A stretch of DNA of 63,013 bases, filler included, from Sphacelaria rigidula (taxonomy: Eukaryota), in the NCBI GenBank assembly GCA_964200075.2. It is 9 parts of 9 records of this genome, joined end to end, with 100 filler letters (N's around TTAATTAATTAA, not from the genome) between each part and the next. Parts side by side here need not be neighbours in the genome. Positions count along the whole stretch, not along the records: positions 35,066 to 41,977 come from CAXNAA020017441.1; positions 42,078 to 48,989 come from CAXNAA020017442.1; positions 49,090 to 56,001 come from CAXNAA020017443.1; 6 more parts are not named here. One strand, 5' to 3'. The notes under the pieces are model-generated. The model was not told where the DNA came from. It made no database searches and worked only from the letters and a program-made list of their open reading frames with translations. The translations under genes and the position numbers were made by a program. Below are positions 39,601 to 51,302 of the stretch, in pieces. The stretch's first letter is position 1, and every line of letters starts with the position of its first letter.

Positions 39601-40632
39601 CCATTACCATCATTACCATCATTACCATCATAATAATAATGGCCAGTTATAACTGGTACCATTTCCGAGCTCTGATTTCACCCTTTTTTGTTCTACTGTT
39701 GACCCTTTTCGCGAAGTGGTGACCGTACCGCCGCCTCAGCACAAGATACGCCGAGAGGTCACAACCATAACCATTTTCGGTGAAATTACACCCCACCAAA
39801 AAAGGCCGAAACCCAACGACCAGAAGAGTGTAGCCCCCCATCGGGGCGCGGTGGCTCGGTAGCACGTTATGTCCACAACAACACTGGATCAACATCGTCA
39901 GCAGTGCACAGCTCGCCTACGGGTACGATTAAGCAGAAAACGTGCTCGTACCTCTAGGATCGTCTGCGCGTCGATCCGAGGACCGTTCTCCCCTCCTCCT
40001 CCTCCGCCACTGCTCCGTGCCCCTCCGCCCCGCGTAACGGCCGACTTTTTGGCTCGCAGCGTTCGCTTCAGTCGAAGAAGATCGCCGTTTTCTGCTCGCT
40101 CCACGTGGGTCGAACAGCAATGGAAACGACGTTTTTTGTTGTTGTGTAGATGTAACGATGTAACGGAAGGGCTTGTGGTGTGGAGGCGCTTCAGGGAGTC
40201 AGATCGGCCCTCATCACTATGGCGATACGGGGAGGACTAGTTCTTTGTTTATTGGTATATTATTCTCCATTTTCCGTGTGTCGGGGTATTTGGATTGTAG
40301 ACCTGGAAAACAAATGTCGAGCAAAGTGCAAAAAAGAAAAGAAAAAAGAAGCGGATAACTTCCGCACAACTGGACAGGCATCACGCAGCGGAATGATGCC
40401 CGATCCTCAAGGTTTTCATAGGACGTAAAATGAGCGGCGCTGACTGCATTTCGGTAATGAAAAGTCTCTTTGGTGTGGGTACAGCGGTAGAACAAGGATT
40501 CGTTGGACAACGACAAAAACAGACAAGAAAAAATAGAAGATGACTGACTCACTTGAATCTTTGCCGAGTCCAACGTCAAGCGTTGCAAGCGCGGCGCTTG
40601 TCTCCCCCATGTCGCTCTGCGCCGTCGCCAAC
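36158..40632 (-). CDS. PFDN1: TPR-like repeat fused to prefoldin subunit 1 (beta-type); 5 exons, 5'-partial
   Basis: Minus-strand exons 40553-40632, 39952-40091, 38208-38364, 37148-37239, 36158-36250 all have CAG acceptors, the first four have GT donors, and phases match (1,0,1,0). Spliced protein: (R)LATAQSDMGETSAALATLDVGLGKDSKNGDLLRLKRTLRAKKSAVTRGGGARSSGGGGGGENGPRIDAQTILEFQDLSEAVGGTKRELAEVEAQLQACVREQKRGVLTKGELDRVDDDAQMYQSVGKMFLSRTKGEITELLDAQQSDKSNSATRLEAKHSYLQKRLASQEGNLEEIIKNIQAQGSA*. MYQSVGKMF between two coiled coils and YLQK..EGNLEE are prefoldin-1 hallmarks. Confidence 0.85.
36354..36607. mobile_element. Sola-like MITE, copy 3, intronic, within (CA)n/(TC)n
   Basis: TIR GAGTAATGCTACGGTAAGGGTGCAC / CCCCTACCGTAGCATTACTC; body colinear with copy 1. 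Confidence 0.85.
37590..37886. mobile_element. hAT-like MITE, intronic
   Basis: TIR CAAGGTTGTGTGCTCTGGAGGGTA / TACCCTACAGAACACCACCTTG; flanks CAACTTTC vs CACCTTTT (6/8); TACCCG-rich interior. Confidence 0.65.
39250..39674. mobile_element. hAT-like MITE, intronic
   Basis: TIR TAGGGCTCGGAAATGGT / ACCATTTCCGAGCTCTG; flanks ATTGCACC vs ATTTCACC (7/8); ATGGT/ACCAT repeats inside. Confidence 0.75.
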
Positions 40633-40785
40633 CTGAGTTGGAAGGAAAACAAATGAACAAAATGTCCCCCCCCGACACACACACTACTCGATCAATACCT
40701 CGAAGCGACGATCGCCGATTCGCAACCGAAAATCCGTTGGCGATATGCTACTCAAGTTGTTCCAACGCTGTCGTGCTGGGGTTAA

Positions 40786-41449
40786 CCCTTTGGGAACCCT
40801 CCCCTCCCGTCCCCGGTTCAGACGCCTCACTACTTCAAGCGCTGACGAACAAGAAAATATGGTAAAAGAAAACACCGACAACGATCATTTTTACAGCGGA
40901 AAGTCACAGAAGAATTCGCCAACGTACGTCATGCTCGCACCAACAATGTCGCCCGGGTGCGATCGGATTAGTTTTATCGAATGAGGGGACGCAACGGGTC
41001 GAGTGTGTTCAACTTTGCGCACACAGCAAAAACCAGCACCGTGGCCTCTAAATTTCACACGACAAAATTCAGCACCGACTGTATATTTTATATTTGTTTA
41101 GTCCCGTGTGGCACAGCGGCACACGTATATATAGGTGACACACCCCACCGGAGTATTGTTGTGCTGCAGGCCGGAGATCGTACCCGCCCAACACTTGGCA
41201 AGCGCGCTAAGCCACATCACAGAAACAAAGTGGTGTGGCCGAGCACACAGAAATCCCCTCACCACACGTGGAAAGATTGAGATGCGAGTTAGTATTTGCG
41301 CGATTCACCGCCAGTTGGAAGCGGTCGCGGGTCTAAAAAATACGCCTTGGGCAAAATAGTGGCCCTCGGAAGCTGCAAACAATCAACCATATGTTGTTAA
41401 AAAACAGCACCTGGAAATCAACACTTTTCCATCGCCAGTACCAAAAGGG
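40786..41449. mobile_element. piggyBac-like MITE
   Basis: TTAA|CCCTTTGGGAAC ... GTACCAAAAGGG|TTAG; subterminal sequence shared with 24361-25975. Confidence 0.75.
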
Positions 41450-43671
41450 TTAGGGCTTTTGTGTTCTACCTAATAGCTGTTATACACGGAGAAAAAAAAT
41501 GGCACCACCTATTTGCGCAAACAGTAAATAATAAGGGCAAGAGGGAGAGAGAGAGCTCCTAATGCAATGTCATGAAAAAACAAAATGTCGCCTTCACGTG
41601 AGTGATCTCGGTCTTGACGTGGACTGGGACCCAACAGCCCATCGAAGGGAAGCAGGTGCAGAACGACTCCCGCCCCCGTAATTTCAGTGTGTACACTTGA
41701 ATCGACGAGAGCGATCAGGCAGAATCCCTCAGGAGGAGCGCTGCGAAAATTTCACGGGAGCCTGCTCACCGGAAGGTGTAGGTGCTCAGAACCAAACACC
41801 CTCGGTGGGGATATTTTAGACATCGATATCCTCGGAAATGCGCAGTTGGAAACGGCGGACGTTTCGACACACTGAAACTTTCCTGAATAAGGCGAACCTT
41901 CTTTTCTTCCCTCTCCCTCCCCCGACCCCCGATGGGGTTGGCGTCGGTTGGCGATGACGCTGTAAAACACGCCACTCNNNNNNNNNNNNNNNNNNNNNNN
42001 NNNNNNNNNNNNNNNNNNNNNTTAATTAATTAANNNNNNNNNNNNNNNNNNNNNNNNNNNNNNNNNNNNNNNNNNNNGCGGACCCATTTTCAAAATCGGA
42101 TCAGCACATCTCCACAAGCCACAAACAGCAGGCGACCAGCTGGTCACACGACAATAGACGAAACTGCCGTTTTATGAACAACTGCTAACGCCATGTTTGA
42201 CGCGAAGATGTCTTCTCCATGGCGCTGAGACAAAAGTCCCATCCATATCGCCAACGAGCACGGGGCTTCTCGTGGCCCAAGCCTGCCGCGTCGCCCTGCG
42301 GTTATCGATATCCGACGACCCATAGCGGTTTGTGTATAGCATGTGACCGCGAAAAGATTTCGTTTGCTCTTTTTCAGAGGTGGCAAATCCAGATCAACAG
42401 ATCGATGCGGGATGCCCCATTTCGAAGCAACCGTGTTTTCAGCTCCAGTGGTACACAGCGAAGCCTCCTCTGCCTGAGCTTGAAGTCTACGATAGACATA
42501 GGGACACTACTCGATGTTGTATCAGTTTCTAAACCAGGGGCACGTCGCGGAGGCAACCGCTGGATCATGACCAGACCGGTGGATCATGACGAAGGTGATA
42601 AATCCCTACCTACATATTTGCATCCTACAGCACCTTGCCGTGCACCGTTCAGGGGGCGTGTGTTTGCAGCCCACAGTCGGCTGGGTTTTCATCATTGTAT
42701 GCGCGACATTGGAAAAAATCAGGAGCTGCAGGTTCGACACTGATATTACAAATGCATCCAATACTTGGCTTATTTCAGAGCTGCTGATGCTCTGTCGTGC
42801 CTCTAGCCTGTGGGAATCACGGGGTACAACACCCCCTCGGCAGTGGTCGTCGTCACGTCGCGTGTACGCCTTGTGGGAATGCGTGAACTTTTATTTCTAG
42901 TTGCGGGCTGATTCAGAATCCAAATTTAATTGGCCTGCGCGGCGTTTGTTTCGTGTTGTTCATGCCGCTGTGCCGTAGCCCGCACCCTCATAGCCCAGAG
43001 CTCTCCGTACGTCCTCGTTTGTAGGGGGTGACGAGAAGTCAAACTCTACCGTGATGTTCTGACACAGCACACTCTGAAATCATTGCCATCTGCGGAGAGT
43101 TGTGGGCTACGGCGCAGCGGCATAATGAAGCCACGAGAAAATAGTAACGTGGGCTGGTCCGATTTTTTCAAGAAGAGTAGTCTGAAGACTCAGAGGGTCA
43201 TCCCACGATACGGGGCGGGGGGGGGGGGGGGGGGGTGGTGTGCCGACGGGAAAGAAGGAGCATAGNNNNNNNNNNCAAGCTGCGCTACTGGGCCCGCGTC
43301 CGGCGCGCCCCGCGTAGCGCCGGCGCGGCGGCCCCGCCCTCCTATTTGACTGCACGGGAAAAAAGGCTCATAGGTGTGTCAGACGACCTGCCACACTCGC
43401 GGTGCGCTTGTATTTAGGTCAAAATGGTGTCGAGCAGTATGAATGAGCGTTATATATCTTCAACAAGCTCGTTCGAACAACCGTTGCTGCTTCCAACGAC
43501 GACGTGACCTGGAATTTCGTGCAAGAAGTGGCCCGGGATTCCCCCCTCCTCGCTATCGTAGGATGCCTCAAAACAGAATCCACACACACACACCCCGGAA
43601 GGCGGCAACGTGATCTTCTACAAGTATTTCGCTGCAAAGTCGTGGACTGACAGGAAAACCCCAGTACACTA

Positions 43672-44334
43672 CGAGCTGGGCCAGTCAAGAGTAGGTGTGA
43701 ATCTCGCTCAGGCGACGCACGGCGCGATATTGGGAGTTGGACGCTGAAATTTTGACAGCAGCTATATATTATCAAAATGCAGAAAATCAAGAGTCGTCTA
43801 AATCGATCGTGCGTTCAACCTTTTCCGTGACGCTGCTGCACCCCTATAAATCAAGTGATGGGAGACTCCAATCATGGAGGTCACGAGTTCCAATCCCGAC
43901 ATTTTCTTTTTTTATTTCGTCCGTCGTGAAGGTTACAAGGATCGGACAAATAATGATTCGTCTGGAAATTACTTGCTTTTGTTACGATGAGTCGACTCGT
44001 GACGAATCAATCCCTAGGCTTTATGTCAGCGTTGCANNNNNNNNNNACCCCTTGGACCAGCGATCAACTTTTTTCTCCCTTTTGGGCAATCAGGTCGAAG
44101 AAAACGTGAATCTGGTCATTTTGAGTCGTGATGATTTGTCCTAACCGTGGAAGGTTATGCATTATGCTGTACATTTTTTTCTCCTCTTTTTTTCATTCAG
44201 CGACGGTGCCGTATGTCACCAGGTTGGTCTACACTCCACAGTGATATGCTTACATCGGGGTCATTCGGGAAACTGGGGAAGCTGCGGTGTGAGCAAGTTT
44301 CAGCAGCTTTTAAGCTGGCCCGGCTCGCGGCTCG
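43672..44334 (+). mobile_element. Tc1/mariner-type MITE (TIR CGAGCTGGGCCAG) with internal tRNA-like segment
   Basis: TA|CGAGCTGGGCCAG ... CTGGCCCGGCTCGCGGCTCG|TA; colinear with 59340-59918 except for the hAT insert. Confidence 0.75.
43936..44149. mobile_element. hAT-like MITE with perfect 8-bp TSD
   Basis: GAAGGTTA duplicated at 43928-43935 and 44150-44157; TIR CAAGGATCGGACAAAT / ATTTGTCCTAACCGTG; the paralogous copy near 59758 lacks the insert. Confidence 0.82.
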
Positions 44335-44414
44335 TAGATACTTCCGAAAAAACACAGGTGACACTTGCGACCTCTTGCTCGTGGATAGGTATTGCCGAAG
44401 AAAACACAAGGATA

Positions 44415-44850
44415 CTTCCTCTGTCCCGTAAGTCTGGTCGGTTATGGGCGGTTTTTCGTTTGGGTGCAACGGTGTTGACGATGATGACCTCATAGTTGGG
44501 TTCTATTGGAAGAGAAAGCGCATACGAAGCTGACGAAAATAAAGGAACCTCGATTTCAATACTAAAACCAGGTCAGAATATACCCCCATTTTGTCCCTTC
44601 TTAGATATCTTATGAGACGTTTTGATAATCATTTTGAGAAATCGTGCTTAACATCCCACACCTAGCCCACGGACCTCAGAATACGATGGACTTGCCCCCG
44701 AGTACACACACACACCCTCGTCGAACGGGTGGTGAGCTACAATTGCGTCGCCGCTATGAGATTACGATGGGGGTTGCGCTCGTTATTCCACCGGGCAAGG
44801 TGAGGATGCCCAAGGGCTCGCTGGGGCCAATATGCGAACGCTACGGTTGA
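44415..44850 (+). mobile_element. 5' part of a second copy of the Stowaway-like mariner
   Basis: TA|CTTCCTCTGTCCCGTAAGTCTGGTCGGTTATG, then RRYEITMGVALVIPPGKVRMPKGSLGPICERYG, homologous to the ORF at 25947-26246. Possible short right end GGGACGGAGGGCG|TA at 44899. Confidence 0.78.
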
Positions 44851-47003
44851 AGCCCCACTCTACTGTACTGTACTGTACCAGAGGGGGGGACGGAGGGCGT
44901 ACTCACTTGTTGCTTGCCTTAGACGTTTGGCCATTGACCACGCATCCCTTTCGAAACGGGGGGCGGGGGAGCCTGCAAATGCCAAGCTAGATAGTAACTC
45001 AAGTGGTAGTTTTGTTTGAGTTTGTGCCGTGCCTTCGTCACACGGACCTACCGCCCCGAATTTTACATGGAGCCTAGCGGAGCACGGTGATCGGGTGGTT
45101 ACCAGCAGATGCGATTATGTTCGTTATTTTTCAGAAGTACAGTAGTATGTGATTCCTGCCGTCAAAGGTATCAGGACGTGAGGACGTGGACAACGAAATA
45201 AACTAACGGGAGTGAGTGGCGGTCATGATTTTTTCCGCGTAATCAGAGTGCCAGGTATGTACCAGAGGAAATATGGGTTGGTCCCTTGAGGCTATTACAG
45301 TAGACCACGGCCTCGTCCCGTGAAAGGGAAGGGGTTGGAACTATAACGGAAGGAATCACACAGATATATATATATATACATATATACATATATATATACA
45401 TACATATACTTGAAGGTTTGTCGCGTTCGTAGTATCGTCGTAGAACCATAACATAGGTCCAATCAGGATACTGAGATCTGTTTTGCGCAAGCCGATTGAG
45501 AGTGATACTCCCATCTCCTGCATTAGCTCGTTGTGATGTCTTCCACGCGCTTGGATTGCGCTATTCCGCGCTCATCATATCGGAAAGGAGGAAGAGATTA
45601 TTGAAGGAGTCGTTTTCGAGTACGAAGCTACATTGCACAAAGTCGCGGATCCAGTTGCTGCTCGCTTGGCGGATGCGCTATCAACCATGGAGCCCGAGCA
45701 CTCGTCTCAGGTGAGGGCAACGCGTGCATGACTCTTGTCCGCGATTTTGCCTCCCTCGATCGTTCTTGATGTACTTTCTGTATCTTCGACCCCTTCGGCA
45801 ACCGCAACTTTCTCGCGAAAAAAAATAAACGCGCGTTCGAGTTGCTCGCTTGCAGCGAACAAAATAAACAGTCTGTGAAGAAAAACTATATGCACGAGGT
45901 GTGGAGGAGGAAGAAAAATGAACAACAAACAAATCCGTATGCTTGAAAGGACTCCGACGATCACGCAAAATCTGGTAAAATGTGTGTACTTCGTTAGGTC
46001 GGGGTGCTAGTTGCGAGGACACCGATGTCTCCGATTGTTGGCGTTCCTAGGGCAAAACCCTCCATTTCCTTTTTCTATGCTAGTTACGCCGTTTGCTGCT
46101 TCCTTAGGTCACGGTGAAAAATTATTATATATACAGGGAAATGATGACCGTTGCGATAATGCCTCAGGGTTAATATGAACAATACACAAGAGGAATTGAT
46201 GGTAAACCGTAACGGATTCACGTGGGAGCAGACCCGCCGGACCGACTTCATTATGCAGCCCAAGACGCTTCCTGCGTCGCTTTGCGGTACGAGGTTGTGG
46301 CCCACCGACACACGCAGCCAACACAAATATAGCGTTCAGTGATGAGGGTCAGGCTCGTCAGCTGCGTACGTTGGGTGGGAGTATGGTCGCCGGCGCCAAT
46401 ACTCTCCCCCCTATACCTATGACAGGCTTCCGACGGGAGGGGAGCCTTAAAGACTTCTCCGTACCCGACGCCTATGCTGAAATGACTTCGCACTTGCTTT
46501 TGGCGGGGAAACATGAGGAGATTAAATGTGTGCAGGCTACAATACACTAAGTTATTTTCAGCAGATGCGGAGTATGCTAAAACCTGACTCGAGATCGGAA
46601 TGCACCTCGTCAAAAGAACCCAACAGCCAAATCACCCATCACTTGCAGTCACAGGTTATCCGTCGGGGCTCTACACTACAACACAAATCACGGGTCCCCC
46701 TCAACTCCGAGCGCCTTTCCCTTTCCTCTTCTCCCGCCTGCCCCGTCTCGAAATAGATGCGTGATCAATGGTCAAATGACTAAGGCAAGCAACAAATGAG
46801 TATCCCCCCTAGACTCTTGGGTTGGCGTCGAGTGGCAACGACGCTGTAAAAACAAGCCACCAAAACCTAGACAAATGTTTAGACTGTGACCGTACACATA
46901 CATTGACGAGCCATTCCGTTGTTCCTTCCTTCGTAGTGTTTTCTTTCTTTTCTTTCTTTACATTTTTCTCCCTTTTCCGTTTATTTTTTCCACCTCCTGT
47001 AAC

Positions 47004-47915
47004 ACAGCCCGGATACAGACATGGAATAGAGAAGCTAACCCTGCCTTTTCTTCAACCGACCATGACACAGCCCGGACAAAGACATGAAACAGAGAAGCTA
47101 ACCCTTCTTTTATATAACCTACCATGACACAGCCCGGACATAGACATGAAATAGAGAAGCTGACCCCCCCTTAAATTTAACCTATCACCATACAGCCCGG
47201 ATATAGACGTAAAATAGAGAAGCTCACCCTCCTTTTTCTTCCACCTACCAGAATACAGCCCGGACATAGACATGGAATAGAGACGCTAACCCCCTCTTGA
47301 ATCTAACCGACGATAATACAGCCCGGACAAAAACATGGAGGAGAGTAGGTGACCTTCCTTTTAATTTAACTCACCATAATACAGCCCGGATATAGACATG
47401 AAATAAAGAAGCTGACCCTCTTTTTTCTTCAACCGACGGTAACACAGCCCGGACATAGACATGGAATAGAGAAGCTAACCCTCCTTTTCTTCAACCGACC
47501 ATGACACAGCCCGGACAAAGACATGAAACAGAGAAGCTAACCCCCCTTTTTTTTAAACCTACCATAATACTGCCCGGACATAGGCATGGAATATACAAGC
47601 TAACCCTCCTTTATTTAAACTATGATAATACAGCCCGGATATAGACGTAAAATAGAGAAGCTCACCCTCCTTTCTCTTCCACCTACCAGAACACAGCCCG
47701 GACATAGACATGGAATAGAGAAGCTAACCCTCCTTTTATTTATACAGCCCGGACAAAAACATGGAAGAGAGTAGCTGACCTTCCTTTTTAATTAACTTAC
47801 CATAATACAGCCCGGATATAGACATGAAATAAAGAAGCTGACCCTCCTTTTTCTTCAACCGACGATAACACGGCCCGGATATAGACATGCAATAGAGAAG
47901 TGAACCCTCCGTTAT
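47004..47915. repeat. ~63-bp minisatellite, 15 units, 7-unit higher-order repeat
   Basis: CAGCCCGG starts at 47004, 47068, 47130, 47193, 47255, 47319, 47382, 47444, 47506, 47570, 47631, 47694, 47744, 47808 and 47871 (approximate). Confidence 0.92.
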
Positions 47916-49171
47916 CTTTAACCATTCAAAACATGGCCCAAACATGAGCGTGAAATCGCGAAAAATAACAGATCTACTATTCCATATCAAGTCGGAAAAT
48001 AACCAAGATCCTCCCCCCCAATATCATCACAAACGTAAGACAATAACAAATCCAAGACCTAGACATGTAAACAACAGCATGAAGGTTGACCACCTCACAC
48101 GCGAATCGAAAGTATACAAGATACAACCAGTATGGATAGGGTAGGGTCATCACCCCCTCCATGTCAAATTCACATAGAGGTTAGGTTCTCGTGGTAAGAT
48201 GCCCGTAAAATCTTACCGGTTTCCATTTGGCGGTGGAAGCCTGGTCAGCCATTTTCAGAAATTTCCGACATCAGGTGCAAAAAGCGCCCAATGAAGGAAA
48301 GGGGTGGACAATGCATGGCATAAAGGCCAAGACCTACTGCACTCATGAAACAAAGACCTTACCAATGACCGACCACATGACCTACGAGAAGGAGCACCAA
48401 GCGGTACGCAGACTTCCTAGAGATCTTGAAGGATAGAAGNNNNNNNNNNAGCTTTCGGCAGCAAAGGTCTACTCGGAAGTATCAGTGGAGTAGCGACCCA
48501 TGATGAATCGTACACGGAGTGGAAGAGTGATGTACGGGACATCCCGGTGCGAGTAAGATCTTGTGTTATGCAAGCCGTACTTGAACCTTATACGGGGAAA
48601 ATGACCTCCCTGGAGGGAAGTAACCAGTACAGTAGCGGGGCAAGAAGAGAGGAGATACGATCGTGGGACGCCTGTATGGTTTACCATGAAGATCGCCTGA
48701 CACAAACGTGGGGTACTTGTGTCAACGGTGTTGAACTTGGCTTCAGGCTACGAGCCCGTGTTGGAGGCATTACTTAGTGTCGGTGAGCCAGGAAAAGAAC
48801 TGAAAGGAACCAGACCCCCAACGAGTAGGAGGATTGGGATATACCAGTGCGTTGAAGATATCCCACGAATACAAATATACTGAACAAGCTGGAGATTCTC
48901 TCGAAGGAGATCGAGAGAGAGACGGTAAGGAAGGGCGGGTGGCGGAGTAAAGAGTGGTCGGGTAAGGTAATGGCAGGTCTGGAAGTTTGNNNNNNNNNNN
49001 NNNNNNNNNNNNNNNNNNNNNNNNNNNNNNNNNTTAATTAATTAANNNNNNNNNNNNNNNNNNNNNNNNNNNNNNNNNNNNNNNNNNNNCCTCCAAACAA
49101 AGAGGGTACCCAAGTTTGTCGCTAATGCACCATGGTATACCCTCCTGTGACGTTTGCCCCCCCCAAAACTC

Positions 49172-49280
49172 CCGTGTTGGCCTTCCTGTGTGAACCCGGC
49201 TGATGTGGCCACATATACCGAAATATGTAAACCGGCGTCCAGAATAGATGGGACGACAGCACACAACGACAACACAGACC
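49172..49280 (+). mobile_element. 3' tail fragment related to SINE family 1
   Basis: TTGGCCTTCCTGTGTGAACCCGGCTG...CCAGAATAGATGGGACGACAGCACACAAC matches 20537-20630. Confidence 0.6.
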
Positions 49281-49749
49281 ATAAAGCCTCGTTCGCAGGT
49301 TGATAGGTTACTCTCCACAGGACCGGGAAACTGGTGGTCCCGCTGAATACCAATATTTTTCAGTAGTTTTGGAAGGTATGTGTGTCGATACAGAAAATGG
49401 TTCTTCGTTGCAACCACCATCCAGTTACCCTAAGTAGCAACGCTTGGTAGGGTTCCTTTGTATTCGCACACTTTCACCTGCAACGTCTTTGACGTAGGTT
49501 GTCATCCATACCCTGATACCCAGCATCTTGACGTAAGCAAATCAGCAGCACTATGAGTCTGCATGAATCTGGTTATCTTAAAAAACCAAATCGCAGGTAC
49601 AGTAGTATTGTGCTATGGTTTTCCTTTTATCCGCCCATGTATACAACTTTACTCACGATGTGAAGCCTGCAGATAAGTTGCCCCGTCTGGTTGGGGTACA
49701 TGCGTTATTTTTGAAGAGGTTAGTCGTATTTTGTCCCCCCCCCCCACTA

Positions 49750-49908
49750 TTACGAGTAGGAACGGTGCTCCGTCGCGAAAGGGATGCGTGGTCAATAGTC
49801 ACACGACTAAGGCAAGCAACAATTAAGTACGCTTCTCCCACCCACATGCCCCTTTTCCTTTGGGGGGTTGGCGTCGGCTGGCAACGACGCCGTAAAAATA
49901 CGCCACTC
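49750..49908 (+). repeat. Dispersed short repeat (GGGATGCGTGGTCAA..GGCAAGCAACAA..GGGGTTGGCGTCGG..AAAACACGCCACTC)
   Basis: Related pieces at 28430-28505, 41930-41977, 44905-44960 (minus) and 46745-46860. Confidence 0.65.
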
Positions 49909-50711
49909 ACTGCTAGGCAACCAGGTTACCGTTTGTTTGTTTCACGATAGCCATGATGGTGATCGAGCTACATCCTGTCATGCGGAGTGGACAGCCTCAT
50001 CTCCGTGCAAAGGGGATCATCATACTACGTAATATTTGAATCGCAAGACACCCATGAGGCAGGGTAACCCGTGGCTGTCTCTGGAAGGGACGAACCCGAT
50101 AATTAAGCAATACATTGGAGGCTGTCATCCATATGCAAGATTATCAATACGCTTCGGGCAAAACAATCGTAGTCAGGATGCAGCTCATCCTTCATGCGAC
50201 TCGCCGAACACATCACATCACGGCGCTTCGCGCTTGGTGTTTTTGAGCCTTGTCCGACGAAAGTCCGGCGTGCTCCATCCCCGCTTTATTGGGATGCAAA
50301 GTCAACGGTCTTTTGAGTACGGCATGCAACATCATGAGTACACCCCCCCTAGCCCCCCTTCCACGACACGATTTCGTATTATTACGCGATCAACCCATAT
50401 CTCCCCCGGTACCCGCTTTGCACTTAATCATCGAAGCCTGGGCCAGCACTTCTGTAAACCCGTCGAATTTCATCGAACCATCGTCGACAATTCCAATCTT
50501 CATGTCTTCAGAAGAACGGGAAGAAAAGACAAAGCAGATTCCTCCATGCGACGGTATCGGGACCGATTGCCGTAGAAATCACACAATCCTCTGAAACCAG
50601 TACTCACGTACTGGTTTCACCGTCGGAGTGCGGCGTTAATTGTTCACTGCAGTACATGAAAATAATGCGACGCACTCCCCCTTAAATGATATAGATTTTT
50701 TTTGTCAATTA

Positions 50712-51192
50712 GGCCGGATGTTATGGCAAACAGATTTTTGGCTCACGGGGTGTTCGCTTTTGGGACATTTGACCCACCTTTTGACCCCCAAACAGGGAAA
50801 ATCGCCAACACACGTCTTGGACAATTTACATCACCCCACAGAGAGGAGCCTAGTCTGTTTTTCAGATTCGCTTGGCTCCGAGTTTTCCAGATTGGCCGCT
50901 GAACAATAATCCGTGTGCAAAAATCTGTGCTTGCCTACCCCCGCCAGTTTGCCCAACAATCTGTGGAGATCGCCGTAGATTTTATTATACACAGATTATT
51001 GTTCAGCGGTCGCTCTCGGAATCTTGGAGTCAAGCGAATCTGAAAAGTGGGCTGGGCTCCTCTCTGTGAGGTGATGCAAAGTGTCTAAGACGTGTGTTGG
51101 CGATTTTCCCTGTTTGAGGGTCAAAAAATGGCTCAAACGTCCCAAAAGTGACAATCCGTGGGACGGAAATCTGTGTGCCATAACATCCGGTC
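50712..51192. mobile_element. PIF/Harbinger (Tourist-like) foldback MITE
   Basis: TTA|GGCCGGATGTTATGGCA ... TGCCATAACATCCGGTC|TTA; ~210-bp inverted arms; related fragment at ~56910-57030. Confidence 0.82.
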
Positions 51193-51302
51193 TTACTCAG
51201 AGGTCTGAAGTTGTTTGACGCCTGAGCAAATTTCTCTCTTTCCCCCCCCCCCGCCGCTCCGTTCCGCTCTGTTTTTTTTATGCTGGTATTTATTTTTGAC
51301 AG

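Noticed and set aside
41769-41882. Next upstream exon of the TPR-prefoldin gene
   Set aside because: It has a phase-compatible GTGAGC donor, but the translation is not TPR-like, so it is unsupported.
45537-45710. Exon-like stretch ending in CAG|GTGAGG
   Set aside because: In-frame TGA at 45534 with no acceptor after it, and no recognisable domain.
47004-47915. CRISPR array
   Set aside because: The variable parts are homologous to each other, no cas genes are present, and the context is eukaryotic.
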